Assembly (NCBI GenBank): GCA_964643545.1
Contig: CAZXTE010000001.1
Location: forward strand, 19,101-83,100
Source: an uncultured Candidatus Saccharibacteria bacterium
GTDB taxonomy: Bacteria > Patescibacteriota > Saccharimonadia > Saccharimonadales > AWTP1-31
Direction of reading: 5' to 3'
Length of the DNA stretch: 64,000 nucleotides
Part shown: positions 49,845-57,823 of the stretch, in pieces
Layout: each line of letters starts with the position of its first letter
How positions within the stretch are numbered: position 1 is the first letter of the stretch
Program-made: the position numbers and the translations under genes
Notes under the pieces: generated by a model
Databases searched by the model: none
What the model was told of the DNA's origin: nothing
Seen by the model: the letters and a program-made list of their open reading frames with translations, nothing else

Positions 49845-49931
49845 AAAACTAACTACAGTCGTTAAGGTGATTGCGCAAAATAATGACTTTTATGGTTAAA
49901 TAAAGAGTACTAACGCAACACGTAATAAAAA

Positions 49932-50450
49932 ATGAACGAAAACAATAATCAAACACCAGCAGAAACCGTAGACTACAGTTTCATAACGGATCAACCCACG
50001 GCATCTCCAAAAAAGAAACCTAATAAAATGATCGCCATATTTCTCGGGTTGACGTTGCTCGTTATTTTGGCGGCGGGCTTACTGTTGTTAGTACAGTCCA
50101 AAAAAAGCACAACCAAAAGTAACATCGACGCAGAACAGGTCGTCCGACAACTTTTTGTAGATATGGGGAACGGGGATAATATCGCCGCCCTAAACGCATT
50201 TACGGGGCCAAATAAGCCGGATGCTGCGTACCTTGAGGGCTACTTAATAGCTCCGCTGAAGAATGATTACTTGGTAGATTCATGCACATTTACCTCTTCA
50301 GAAACAAAAGTAGCTAGCTATTACCAGGTCAAGGCATCTTGCCCACAAAAGCAAGCAAGTAACATCAGAATTCGTGTAGACTTTACAGTTATGAGACAAG
50401 AGCTATCATCGAAAATTGTTGCATACTCTCTTGGCGGGGTAGATACGTGA
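49932..50450 (+). CDS. bitopic membrane protein with NTF2/SnoaL-like ectodomain (VirB8-like candidate)
   Basis: TM (IAIFLGLTLLVILAAGLLLLV), then QLFVDMGNGDNIAALNAFTG, typical of the NTF2-like fold that VirB8 adopts. Confidence 0.5.
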   Translation: MNENNNQTPAETVDYSFITDQPTASPKKKPNKMIAIFLGLTLLVILAAGLLLLVQSKKSTTKSNIDAEQVVRQLFVDMGNGDNIAALNAFTGPNKPDAAYLEGYLIAPLKNDYLVDSCTFTSSETKVASYYQVKASCPQKQASNIRIRVDFTVMRQELSSKIVAYSLGGVDT

Positions 50451-51433
50451 AATTGGTAAAGCGGGTTCACACCGCCGGATTAGTTATCCTATCTGTCGCT
50501 GGTCTACTTAGTGCAACATTATTCGTACATCCAAAATCGGTCCAAGCAGCCGCGCCAATATGCTATGAGCTACTCGGCAGCTCTGGTAATGATGTCCGAG
50601 TGGCTGACTGTAATAATCCCACAGTAGTTACTTTAAGAGACCAAAAGTACCCTGCTGACAAAAAATTTCTTGACGATCACTGTTACCTATATGGTGGATT
50701 TGGATTTTTCATAAAACGAGGTTTAACAGAAGTGCCGCCTGCGAGCGATGCAAATAAGAAATACACCTGTGAGTGGGCAAGAAAAGCGGCGGCTGCAGGT
50801 CAGGCAGCCGCTCCAAAATGTTACTTATTCTCTCGTGCGACGTTGGACGATTACTTTTCATTTAAATTTGCCGCTACAGATATCAAGGAAACTGCGTGCA
50901 CGCAAGAATTAAAGAATTACTACAGGTTTGTTCACAATCCTAAAGAAATAGAAAGCGGGTGGTGCTACCTATTCAGCCAAGATCATAACAACATCCAGAC
51001 ATCATGTGCAGACCTTCTTTCCAATATTGCAACTGCAGATAGTAGCGGAGGCGGGGGCGGCGGCACCTCCAGTTGCGCAAGCGATCCAACGCTTTCTTTC
51101 TGTGTGGACCTGCCGGTTAAGACCAATGATACGTGCGGCGAAGCTGGTAGCGGTACGGAAGTCCAGATATCGATCAATGTGGGATGTGTGGGCAAAGGTA
51201 ATGGCATTCTTGATCTGACCTTTGCGCTCATTCGATTTCTCTCTTATGGTGTGGGCATTGCCATGGTGGCCTCTTTAGTTGTTGCTGGCATACAGTACAG
51301 CTCCTCTAGAGGTGATCCACAGGCTACCAGCAAGGCAATAGGTCGTGCGCAGAGCACTGTTGGGGCGTTACTTCTGTTCTTGTTTATATATGCTATATTG
51401 AACTGGATAATACCCGCAGGACTCTTGAAATGA
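50447..51433 (+). CDS. secreted Cys-rich protein with C-terminal VirB2/TrbC-like pilin domain (tip/adhesin pilin candidate)
   Basis: Signal peptide. About 16 Cys with internal CY[EL]L/CYLFS repeats and a Gly6 linker. The C-terminus has two hydrophobic helices separated by SSSRGDPQ, as in the downstream pilins. Confidence 0.6.
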   Translation: MKLVKRVHTAGLVILSVAGLLSATLFVHPKSVQAAAPICYELLGSSGNDVRVADCNNPTVVTLRDQKYPADKKFLDDHCYLYGGFGFFIKRGLTEVPPASDANKKYTCEWARKAAAAGQAAAPKCYLFSRATLDDYFSFKFAATDIKETACTQELKNYYRFVHNPKEIESGWCYLFSQDHNNIQTSCADLLSNIATADSSGGGGGGTSSCASDPTLSFCVDLPVKTNDTCGEAGSGTEVQISINVGCVGKGNGILDLTFALIRFLSYGVGIAMVASLVVAGIQYSSSRGDPQATSKAIGRAQSTVGALLLFLFIYAILNWIIPAGLLK

Positions 51434-51819
51434 CACTCCCCCTAACCTATTTTGCAGCAGCTTGTGAAGCTGGGAAAGACACCGCCGGGCAGGTGTTAAA
51501 CTTCTTTGCATTTCCTACGTGGTACAAATATCTTGAAGGGCAGACTATCACAAGTAACGGTGCCGCAGAATGTGCCCCTAAAATCACTAAGATTGGTGAT
51601 GCCTGGTTGGTGTTGGCGGCTGTTATAGAAATAATGCTACGAGTCGGTGCACTCATTGCGATAGCATTTGTTATCTATGGGGGCATATCGTTTATTACCA
51701 GCGAAGGACAGCCAGATAAAGCATCAAAAGCCAGGAGCACAGTAATAAATGCAGTTATTGGGCTGGCACTTTCGATTTCGGCATCGGCGGTAATCTCTTT
51801 CATAGCAAGGAGCTTTTAA
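51430..51819 (+). CDS. VirB2/TrbC-like pilin paralog 2
   Basis: 129 aa with two hydrophobic helices flanking TSEGQPDK and a Cys pair near the N-terminus. It overlaps the upstream gene (ATGA). Confidence 0.6.
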   Translation: MTLPLTYFAAACEAGKDTAGQVLNFFAFPTWYKYLEGQTITSNGAAECAPKITKIGDAWLVLAAVIEIMLRVGALIAIAFVIYGGISFITSEGQPDKASKARSTVINAVIGLALSISASAVISFIARSF

Positions 51820-52140
51820 GTGACATTCAACGTATTTGCACAAACACAGCCCCCACCTACTTCACAGGTTGGTGTTTGTACTACAGATTTGTGCAACACA
51901 AATCTGCCCGCAGTGAGTGCAGGAAGCACGCAAGTGACTACGGTTTTGCAGATCTTGTTTGGAGTGGTAGCAGTGCTGGCGCTTATTTATGTCATTTTGG
52001 CAGGTTTGAAGCTCATCACTTCCAGCGGTGATCCTCAGTCAGTAGCAAAAGGACGACAACAGATACTCTTTGCAGTTATTGGCCTGACAGTTGCACTCAG
52101 CGCCGAACTAATCATTTCATTTGTAATCAACAGGCTATAA
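51820..52140 (+). CDS. VirB2/TrbC-like pilin paralog 3
   Basis: 106 aa with a CTTDLC pair and two hydrophobic helices flanking TSSGDPQS. Confidence 0.6.
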   Translation: MTFNVFAQTQPPPTSQVGVCTTDLCNTNLPAVSAGSTQVTTVLQILFGVVAVLALIYVILAGLKLITSSGDPQSVAKGRQQILFAVIGLTVALSAELIISFVINRL

Positions 52141-52142
52141 TC

Positions 52143-52550
52143 ATGAGAAAATTAACACTAGTTATGGCAACCGTACTAGGCAGCATGCTTTTTGCGCTGC
52201 CGAATACAGTATTTGCGGTAGATGTTTTTGGGGGGTCGGACGGTGCTTGTACACAAGCAAATACCACGGGCGAAGTTCCGGAAATATGTAAGGACACCGT
52301 GAACGCAACGGGCGAGAACCCTATAGTAGGGCCGAGTGGTATTGTCACCAAGGGTTTACAAGTACTCGTCATTGTAATCGGCATCATTGCGGTTGTGATG
52401 TTAGTAATCTCTGGGCTACGACTTATTATGTCGGGCGGTGATCCAAAAAATGCGGCCAGCGCACGAGATGGCATACTGTACGCCGGTATTGGTATAGTAG
52501 TAGTAGTGACTGCACAACTGCTGATCAACTTTGTATTAACAAAACTGTAA
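52143..52550 (+). CDS. VirB2/TrbC-like pilin paralog 4
   Basis: 135 aa with a signal peptide, a C..C pair, and helices flanking MSGGDPKN. Confidence 0.65.
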   Translation: MRKLTLVMATVLGSMLFALPNTVFAVDVFGGSDGACTQANTTGEVPEICKDTVNATGENPIVGPSGIVTKGLQVLVIVIGIIAVVMLVISGLRLIMSGGDPKNAASARDGILYAGIGIVVVVTAQLLINFVLTKL

Positions 52551-52558
52551 AGGAAAAA

Positions 52559-52969
52559 ATGAAAAAAATTGCCCGTTTCAGGAAAAACTTGGTAGTAGCA
52601 CTGGCGTCTGTGTTCTTCTTAGTACCGCTCTCGCCTGTTCTGGTGCATGCAGGACCATTCGACAGCGCCAAAGACGCAGCATGTAAGGGTTTAAATTTTG
52701 ACGACCCTACGGCCACGTGTGCTGCAGGCTCTAAGGACGCAGAAACAAATGCCAAGCTAAAGACGGCCGTGAATCTTTTGTCGGCTATTGTGGGTGTAAT
52801 TGCAGTAGTTATGATTATCATTGCAGGCATGAATTTTATAACTGCAGGAGGAGATTCGGGCAAAGTTTCAACTGCCAGGAATATGATTCTGTACGCTGCA
52901 ATTGGTATTGTAGTTGTAGCCCTCGCACAACTGATCGTCCGCTTTGTCTTGCAACGATTCGGGAAGTAG
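52559..52969 (+). CDS. VirB2/TrbC-like pilin paralog 5
   Basis: 136 aa with a signal peptide, a C..C pair, and helices flanking TAGGDSGK. The C-terminus is ALAQLIVRFVLQRFG. Confidence 0.65.
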   Translation: MKKIARFRKNLVVALASVFFLVPLSPVLVHAGPFDSAKDAACKGLNFDDPTATCAAGSKDAETNAKLKTAVNLLSAIVGVIAVVMIIIAGMNFITAGGDSGKVSTARNMILYAAIGIVVVALAQLIVRFVLQRFGK

Positions 52970-53031
52970 CTGTTGTAACTTCCCTCAAAGTTGTGATATA
53001 AACATAAGTAGCAATATAGAAAGGTAAAAGA

Positions 53032-53460
53032 ATGATTAAAAAATTAAAACGTTTAGTAGTTGGCTTCACCGCTTCGGCTGCACTGTTAATGCCTTTGGCT
53101 ATACCTGTGGCTGTTCACGCGCAAACGACTGAAGACATTGGAAAGAACTTTTGTCAGGGGGCAGACATAACACTCGGTACTGGTACGGGTAGCTCTGCAA
53201 CCTGTGATACCAAAGATGCAGAAAGCAAAGTGAATACTACCGTAAAGAACTCGCTCAATCTTTTTTCGGCAATAGTTGGTATTTTGTCTGTAGTCATGAT
53301 CATTATTGGTGGTGTTAAGTACATCACCTCTGGTGGTGAATCTGGCAAGGTTACCTCAGCCAAAGACAGCATTTTGTTTGCGGTCGTCGGATTGATTGTC
53401 GTGGCTCTTGCACAACTGATCGTCCGCTTCGTCTTGCAACGATTCGGTAACCCCACCTAA
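53032..53460 (+). CDS. VirB2/TrbC-like pilin paralog 6
   Basis: 142 aa with a signal peptide, a C..C pair, and helices flanking TSGGESGK. Its 3' 38 nt are near-identical to those of paralog 5 (52925-52962 versus 53410-53447, one mismatch). Confidence 0.65.
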   Translation: MIKKLKRLVVGFTASAALLMPLAIPVAVHAQTTEDIGKNFCQGADITLGTGTGSSATCDTKDAESKVNTTVKNSLNLFSAIVGILSVVMIIIGGVKYITSGGESGKVTSAKDSILFAVVGLIVVALAQLIVRFVLQRFGNPT

Positions 53461-53481
53461 GAAAGTTAGACGTATTAAAAA

Positions 53482-53506
53482 AGCTCCGGGTAACCGGAGC
53501 TTTTTA
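53482..53506. terminator. bidirectional rho-independent terminator between the pilin array and convergent hsp20
   Basis: AAAAA-AGCTCCGG-gtaa-CCGGAGCT-TTTTT: an 8-bp perfect stem with a GTAA loop, an A-run upstream and a T-run downstream. Confidence 0.7.
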
Positions 53507-53521
53507 TTTGGTCGAGGTATT

Positions 53522-54004
53522 CTAAAGAACCTGGATCTTCTTGACGGTGTCTTGCTTGAGCTTAGTAAAGCTAATGGTTAGAACGCCATCTTTCAAGACT
53601 GCTTCGATCTCTTCTTCTTTAACGGGAACAGGTAATGTGATGCTGCGAGAGAATTCTCCCCAGTAGCATTCTTGAACAAAATAGTTCTCTACGTCATCTT
53701 CGTTGCCGGCAGATAGCGTGCCACGAATGCTAAGCGTGTTGTCGGCAATGCTCACATCGAGTTCTTGCTTGTTGACTCCCGCGGTACGTGCCTTTACGAC
53801 TAGTTTTTCCTTGGTCTCGTATACATCAACTGCTAATTGGCCAGGAACTGCTTCTTCCTCGTCCCATTCTTCTGCGGCCACAACTGCTGTGTTTGCGGCG
53901 ACAGGCGCAGTAGTCGCTGTTTCTGGAGCATCGTCTTCACCCAAAAAGGCAGCCGTCAGCTCATCTTCCATCAATAAATCTTCATCACGATTACGTCGTG
54001 CCAT
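53522..54004 (-). CDS. Hsp20/alpha-crystallin family small heat-shock protein
   Basis: Alpha-crystallin domain (VDVYETKEKLVVKARTAGVNKQELDVSIADNTLSIRG). Confidence 0.8.
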   Translation of the reverse strand: MARRNRDEDLLMEDELTAAFLGEDDAPETATTAPVAANTAVVAAEEWDEEEAVPGQLAVDVYETKEKLVVKARTAGVNKQELDVSIADNTLSIRGTLSAGNEDDVENYFVQECYWGEFSRSITLPVPVKEEEIEAVLKDGVLTISFTKLKQDTVKKIQVL

Positions 54005-54123
54005 GTATGTTACCCTCCACTTGCAATAGTTTTTTGTGGTATTTTTATCTTACTTAGCAGTATAACCTAGGTAAAACCACCCAGCAACCTAAGACGGTAT
54101 ATTTACAACACAATAATAACAAC

Positions 54124-54792
54124 ATGCCAGTACTAGAGATAATTTTATCGGTCGTTGCTCCGCACACCTGTGTGGGTTGCGGTGTCGAGGGCTCACTTCT
54201 CTGCTGCGGGTGTAGCGTCGAGATTACTCCTGTGCCCTCGCGTTGCTACCACTGTAGAAAGCGAACAGAGTCTTTTAGAACGTGCCAAAGTTGCAGAGGC
54301 TCGAGCAAGCTGCGTCGAGTCTTCGTGCGGGCACAATACTGCGACGTTCCTAAGGAGCTGGTGCATAAGCTGAAGTTTGAACGTGCTCGAGCTGCTGCTG
54401 CAACGCTAGCAAGTTTGATGAGCGAGAAGTGGGGTGATGTTTCGACAGATACGCTGATCGTTCATGTGCCGACGGCAACATCGAGAAGGCGCCAGCGGGG
54501 TTATGACCAAGCTGAACTCCTTGCAAAGGAGCTGAAGAGATTAACTGGTGCTAAGCGAGCATCGTTGCTTTGTCGTCTTGGGCAGCAACGCCAAGTTGGT
54601 CATACTAGAAAACAACGCCTTGAACAGCTGAGTAATGCTTTCTATATATTAAACCCAAAAGAAGTAATAGGGAGAGATGTTCTTCTTGTTGACGATGTGT
54701 TGACGACAGGCGCTACCCTGGAGGCAGCCGCAAATGTGCTTCGCAGAGCGGGTGCACGACACGTTGATGCAATAGTTTTTGCACAGGCATAA
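54124..54792 (+). CDS. comFC: ComF family phosphoribosyltransferase-domain protein
   Basis: N-terminal double zinc-ribbon Cys pairs (CVGCG...CCGC; CYHC...CQSC) and a C-terminal PRTase motif VLLVDDVLTTGATL. Confidence 0.75.
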   Translation: MPVLEIILSVVAPHTCVGCGVEGSLLCCGCSVEITPVPSRCYHCRKRTESFRTCQSCRGSSKLRRVFVRAQYCDVPKELVHKLKFERARAAAATLASLMSEKWGDVSTDTLIVHVPTATSRRRQRGYDQAELLAKELKRLTGAKRASLLCRLGQQRQVGHTRKQRLEQLSNAFYILNPKEVIGRDVLLVDDVLTTGATLEAAANVLRRAGARHVDAIVFAQA

Positions 54793-54829
54793 AAAAAGAG
54801 CCTACAATTTTGGCTCAGTACTCTTCTCA

Positions 54830-54919
<90 letters not shown>

Positions 54920-54940
54920 AGACTAGCTTTTCGTGTTACG

Positions 54941-55033
54941 TGGCGGAGGAGGAGGGATTCGAACCCTCGCGGGAGATTGCTCCCCCCTAACGATTTAGCA
55001 AACCGTCCCCTTCAGCCTCTTGGGTACTCCTCC
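54941..55033 (-). tRNA. tRNA-Ser (anticodon GCU), type II
   Basis: Minus-strand read: GGAGGAG acceptor, anticodon arm ACGGT-TTGCTAA-ATCGT, long variable arm, GAGGGTTCGAATCCCTC T-arm, and CCA. Confidence 0.85.
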
Positions 55034-55118
55034 GTAACAGGTTGCAATTATAGCAACTTCCCTGTTATTCATAAAGAACAGTTTTAGTAATTTGTTGTAA
55101 ATACGGTACAATACGCTT

Positions 55119-55691
55119 ATGCAAGAGGGTCAACAAAGTCAGACGGTGGCGCCTGTGCCGCAACAAACTGCACCGCAGTCGAGCTGGCAATTCACGAATA
55201 ACGAGCCGGCCCTACCTCAAACTTCAAAAGACATAAACCCCATACAATGGTCTGCCTCTGAGTTTATACGTCACGATAAAGGGATTGGCTGGTATCTTGC
55301 ACTTATGGGTGCTTCTTTGCTCGTAGCAGCGGGCATCTACTTAATAACACGCGACAAAATAACTGCCGCAACCATTATTGTTGCTACGATTCTACTAGGT
55401 GTTGTCGCTGCGCGAAAACCCCGAGAATTACAGTATGGAGTGGATGAGCACGGCGTACAGATTGGCAAGAAGCTTTACCCGTACACGAGCTTTAAGTCGT
55501 TTTCTATTATGCAAGAGGGTGGGATTGAATCTATTTGGTTTATGCCCATGCAACGATTTATGCCCGGGCTTAGTATCTACTTTGCGCCCGAAGATGGGCC
55601 GAAGATTGTTGATGCACTTTCACAGTTCTTGCCTGCCGAGACTCGCTCGCTTGATCCTGTTGACAAATTCATGCATCGCATCCGCTTCTAG
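55119..55691 (+). CDS. hypothetical membrane protein (2 TM)
   Basis: Gln/Pro-rich N-terminus, then two adjacent TM helices (WYLALMGASLLVAAGIYLI; AATIIVATILLGVVAA). Confidence 0.5.
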   Translation: MQEGQQSQTVAPVPQQTAPQSSWQFTNNEPALPQTSKDINPIQWSASEFIRHDKGIGWYLALMGASLLVAAGIYLITRDKITAATIIVATILLGVVAARKPRELQYGVDEHGVQIGKKLYPYTSFKSFSIMQEGGIESIWFMPMQRFMPGLSIYFAPEDGPKIVDALSQFLPAETRSLDPVDKFMHRIRF

Positions 55692-55740
55692 CTAGCAATA
55701 ACAGATACGCTGTGCTAGAATTACCCCTGTTCATCATTGA

Positions 55741-55817
55741 GCACCCGTAGCTCAGCTGGATAGAGCGTTGGCTTGCGGAGCCAAAGGTCGTAGGTTCGAA
55801 TCCTGTCGGGTGTACCA
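55741..55817 (+). tRNA. tRNA-Arg (anticodon read as GCG), 77 nt with encoded CCA
   Basis: GCACCCG acceptor, GCTCAGCTGGATAGAGC D-arm (Arg-like, A20), anticodon arm TTGGC-TTGCGGA-GCCAA, GTAGGTTCGAATCCTGT T-arm, and CGGGTGT-A-CCA. It is closely similar to E. coli tRNA-Arg(ACG) outside the anticodon. Confidence 0.8.
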
Positions 55818-55824
55818 ATGAAAG

Positions 55825-55849
55825 GGCCGGTCGAAAGACCGGTTTTTTC
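55825..55849 (+). terminator. rho-independent terminator after tRNA-Arg
   Basis: GGCCGGTC-gaaa-GACCGG followed by TTTTTT. Confidence 0.6.
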
Positions 55850-55894
55850 ATTTGTTATGTCTGTGAGCTCGGACCTACGACCCGAGCTTTGCTC

Positions 55895-55921
55895 GGCAGT
55901 CTTCGAATCCTGTCGGGTATA
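55895..55921 (+). repeat. duplicated tRNA-Arg 3'-end fragment (17/17 nt identical to 55795-55811; att-site-like scar)
   Basis: TTCGAATCCTGTCGGGT occurs both in the tRNA T-arm/acceptor region and again about 85 bp downstream. It is preceded there by a GAGCTCGG...CCGAGC hairpin. Confidence 0.7.
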
Positions 55922-56276
55922 CTGCTTGGCGTTCAGCTTGAATGCACAAGGCGCAGCATCTGTCTGCTTGTGGCAAGAACGGGGTTTGGCGGCCGCAGTT
56001 GGTAGACTGGAGCAAAGTACTCATCGTGTAACCGAGCAGCTTTGGCTGGTGGTGCATCTGGGTGTGGCACGCGCGGCTCAAAATCTCCCGCCAAACCATC
56101 ATCACCAAATAGCTCTTCTACGGTTGATATGCCCCCAAGGAACTCTGCAAACTGTTGTATGCGATGTTCGTTTGGTTTTGGTGCTTCTGGGTTATCTATT
56201 TGTTCCATGGCTGTAGTCTAGATTCGTTTGTGTGTACAATCTAGTTAGTACATTTTGTGTCAAAAAAATTAGACCT

Positions 56277-56945
56277 ATGCTTACACATAATATCCAGAGA
56301 AAAATTATTCGCGGGCTTGCACTCCATAAATCCTTGTCTTTTGCTGAGCTTCGTCCCGCCGGCACAGAGAGTAATGTATTTACGTATCATTTGAATACGC
56401 TTATAAAAGAGGGCTATGTAGATAAGGTTGGCAAAGGAAATTACGAACTCACTGCTCTTGGCAAGATGCTTGGTATAAATTCTCATCTGACACCGAAAGA
56501 ATGGTTATCGCAGGCGCATGCAGTAGTGTTCGTGACGGTGTTTGACCCCAAAAAAGGATGGTTGGTGCGACGGCGTAAAGCGCAGCCAATGTACGACTAT
56601 GTGGGCTTTTTGCACTTTGAACCAGTTGCAGCAGTGCCTATGTTGGAGACCGCTCAAAACATAGTGAATGATAAAGTCGGCATTCACGCGGTTTTTGAAC
56701 CAAGAGGTTTTGGCTATGCGCGCTTTTTTAAAGATGGTGATCTACAGAGCTTTACGACCTACACCATTGTTGGTGCTACATCGTTCGAGGGAGACATAAC
56801 GAAGCAGACCGAAACTGGCGAGAGTTATTGGGCCAGCTATGATGAGATAAAGAAAGAGAAATTATTGCTCCCAACGATGCTTCCTATTATGGATAACCTT
56901 CTCAAGGAAAAGCTGTTCTTTTTAGATATGAATTTTGAAGTTTAG
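56277..56945 (+). CDS. winged-helix DNA-binding protein with C-terminal uncharacterized (Nudix-like?) domain
   Basis: N-terminal wHTH (IQRKIIRGLALHKSLSFAELRP...NVFTYHLNTLIKEGYVDK). The start is placed at the ATG at 56277. Confidence 0.5.
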   Translation: MLTHNIQRKIIRGLALHKSLSFAELRPAGTESNVFTYHLNTLIKEGYVDKVGKGNYELTALGKMLGINSHLTPKEWLSQAHAVVFVTVFDPKKGWLVRRRKAQPMYDYVGFLHFEPVAAVPMLETAQNIVNDKVGIHAVFEPRGFGYARFFKDGDLQSFTTYTIVGATSFEGDITKQTETGESYWASYDEIKKEKLLLPTMLPIMDNLLKEKLFFLDMNFEV

Positions 56946-57020
56946 AAGCGCACGAGGTAGCATATCTTGGGTTGGGCGTACTTTCTATTGATCTCGACGT
57001 TTGCTATATTGAACCGACTG

Positions 57021-57755
57021 ATGAAAGTATGCTATTGGAATGTCTGCAATGAGACTTCGCCAGAAGATATTGCTGCACACTGTAGTGATATGCCCGGTGT
57101 TGACGTATTCTGCCTACAAGAAGTGCCATATGCACAACATGGGTATACAAGGTTGCCTGCAACAAGGCTTTTGGCTCGTGAGCTGGGCATGGACGGGGTA
57201 TTCCAGCATACCCGCACGTTAAGAAGATCACCGGGCAAATATAAGGCGTATGGTACCGCTATCCTTAGTAAGTCCACAATTATCGGCTCAAGAACCGCTG
57301 TGCTCAGAGATGACATCTTTGCATATATGACTCCCGGCGCACAAAATCAACGCATTGCACTGTCTGCAGCAACTGAAGCTGAACCTGGTGTAACTGTTGC
57401 TGTGGCTCACCTTTCCTATCGCCTACCGCTTGGTCTGGGCAGCGTTGGGCTTTTAGAAGAACGTCGCGTACTTCAAAGACAACTTTCCACAATGCGCGAC
57501 ACTTCAGAAGTGATCTTTGGTGGCGATATGAATGCTGAACCGGGTGGGGGCTTAGATGCTATGATTGGCGAGCTTGGTCTGTCGAGAGTGCCTACCGATG
57601 GTGCTACATTTCGTTCTCGGCATTGGTTTGCTGGCCATGCGACGCGGGAACTAGACAGGGCATTTGTTACACAGGGCTTGGTTGCAACTGCTGAACTGGG
57701 TGCGTTTGGCGCATCTGACCACCGTCCTGTGATTGTGGATGTTCACACCAGATGA
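57021..57755 (+). CDS. endonuclease/exonuclease/phosphatase (EEP) family protein
   Basis: MKVCYWNV start typical of EEP, with CLQEV, GGDMNAEP and SDHRPV motifs. The track ORF begins at a TTG at 56967. Confidence 0.7.
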   Translation: MKVCYWNVCNETSPEDIAAHCSDMPGVDVFCLQEVPYAQHGYTRLPATRLLARELGMDGVFQHTRTLRRSPGKYKAYGTAILSKSTIIGSRTAVLRDDIFAYMTPGAQNQRIALSAATEAEPGVTVAVAHLSYRLPLGLGSVGLLEERRVLQRQLSTMRDTSEVIFGGDMNAEPGGGLDAMIGELGLSRVPTDGATFRSRHWFAGHATRELDRAFVTQGLVATAELGAFGASDHRPVIVDVHTR

Positions 57756-57823
57756 ATCTATAGACAAAACGAATGAACAGGAATATCCTAAAAGCATTAA
57801 CAGTTTTAAGGAGGGTTCAAACA

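Noticed and set aside
50447-53460. Interpreting the small secreted proteins as type IV (T2SS/T4P-type) pilins
   Set aside because: There is no class-III leader (G/FTLIE) and no N-terminal hydrophobic alpha-1 helix directly after a short leader. Each instead has a Sec-type signal peptide plus two internal helices separated by a charged loop, which is the T4SS VirB2/TrbC layout.
55865-55921. Second functional tRNA downstream of tRNA-Arg
   Set aside because: Only a T-arm/acceptor-like 3' fragment and an unrelated hairpin are present. There is no D-arm, anticodon arm or 5' acceptor strand, so this is a remnant and not a gene.
55933-56208. 91-aa minus-strand ORF in the GC-rich spacer after the tRNA scar
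   Set aside because: It has no SD and no recognizable domain, and it sits in a short GC-rich patch where open frames arise by chance. It is mentioned only as part of the att-scar finding.
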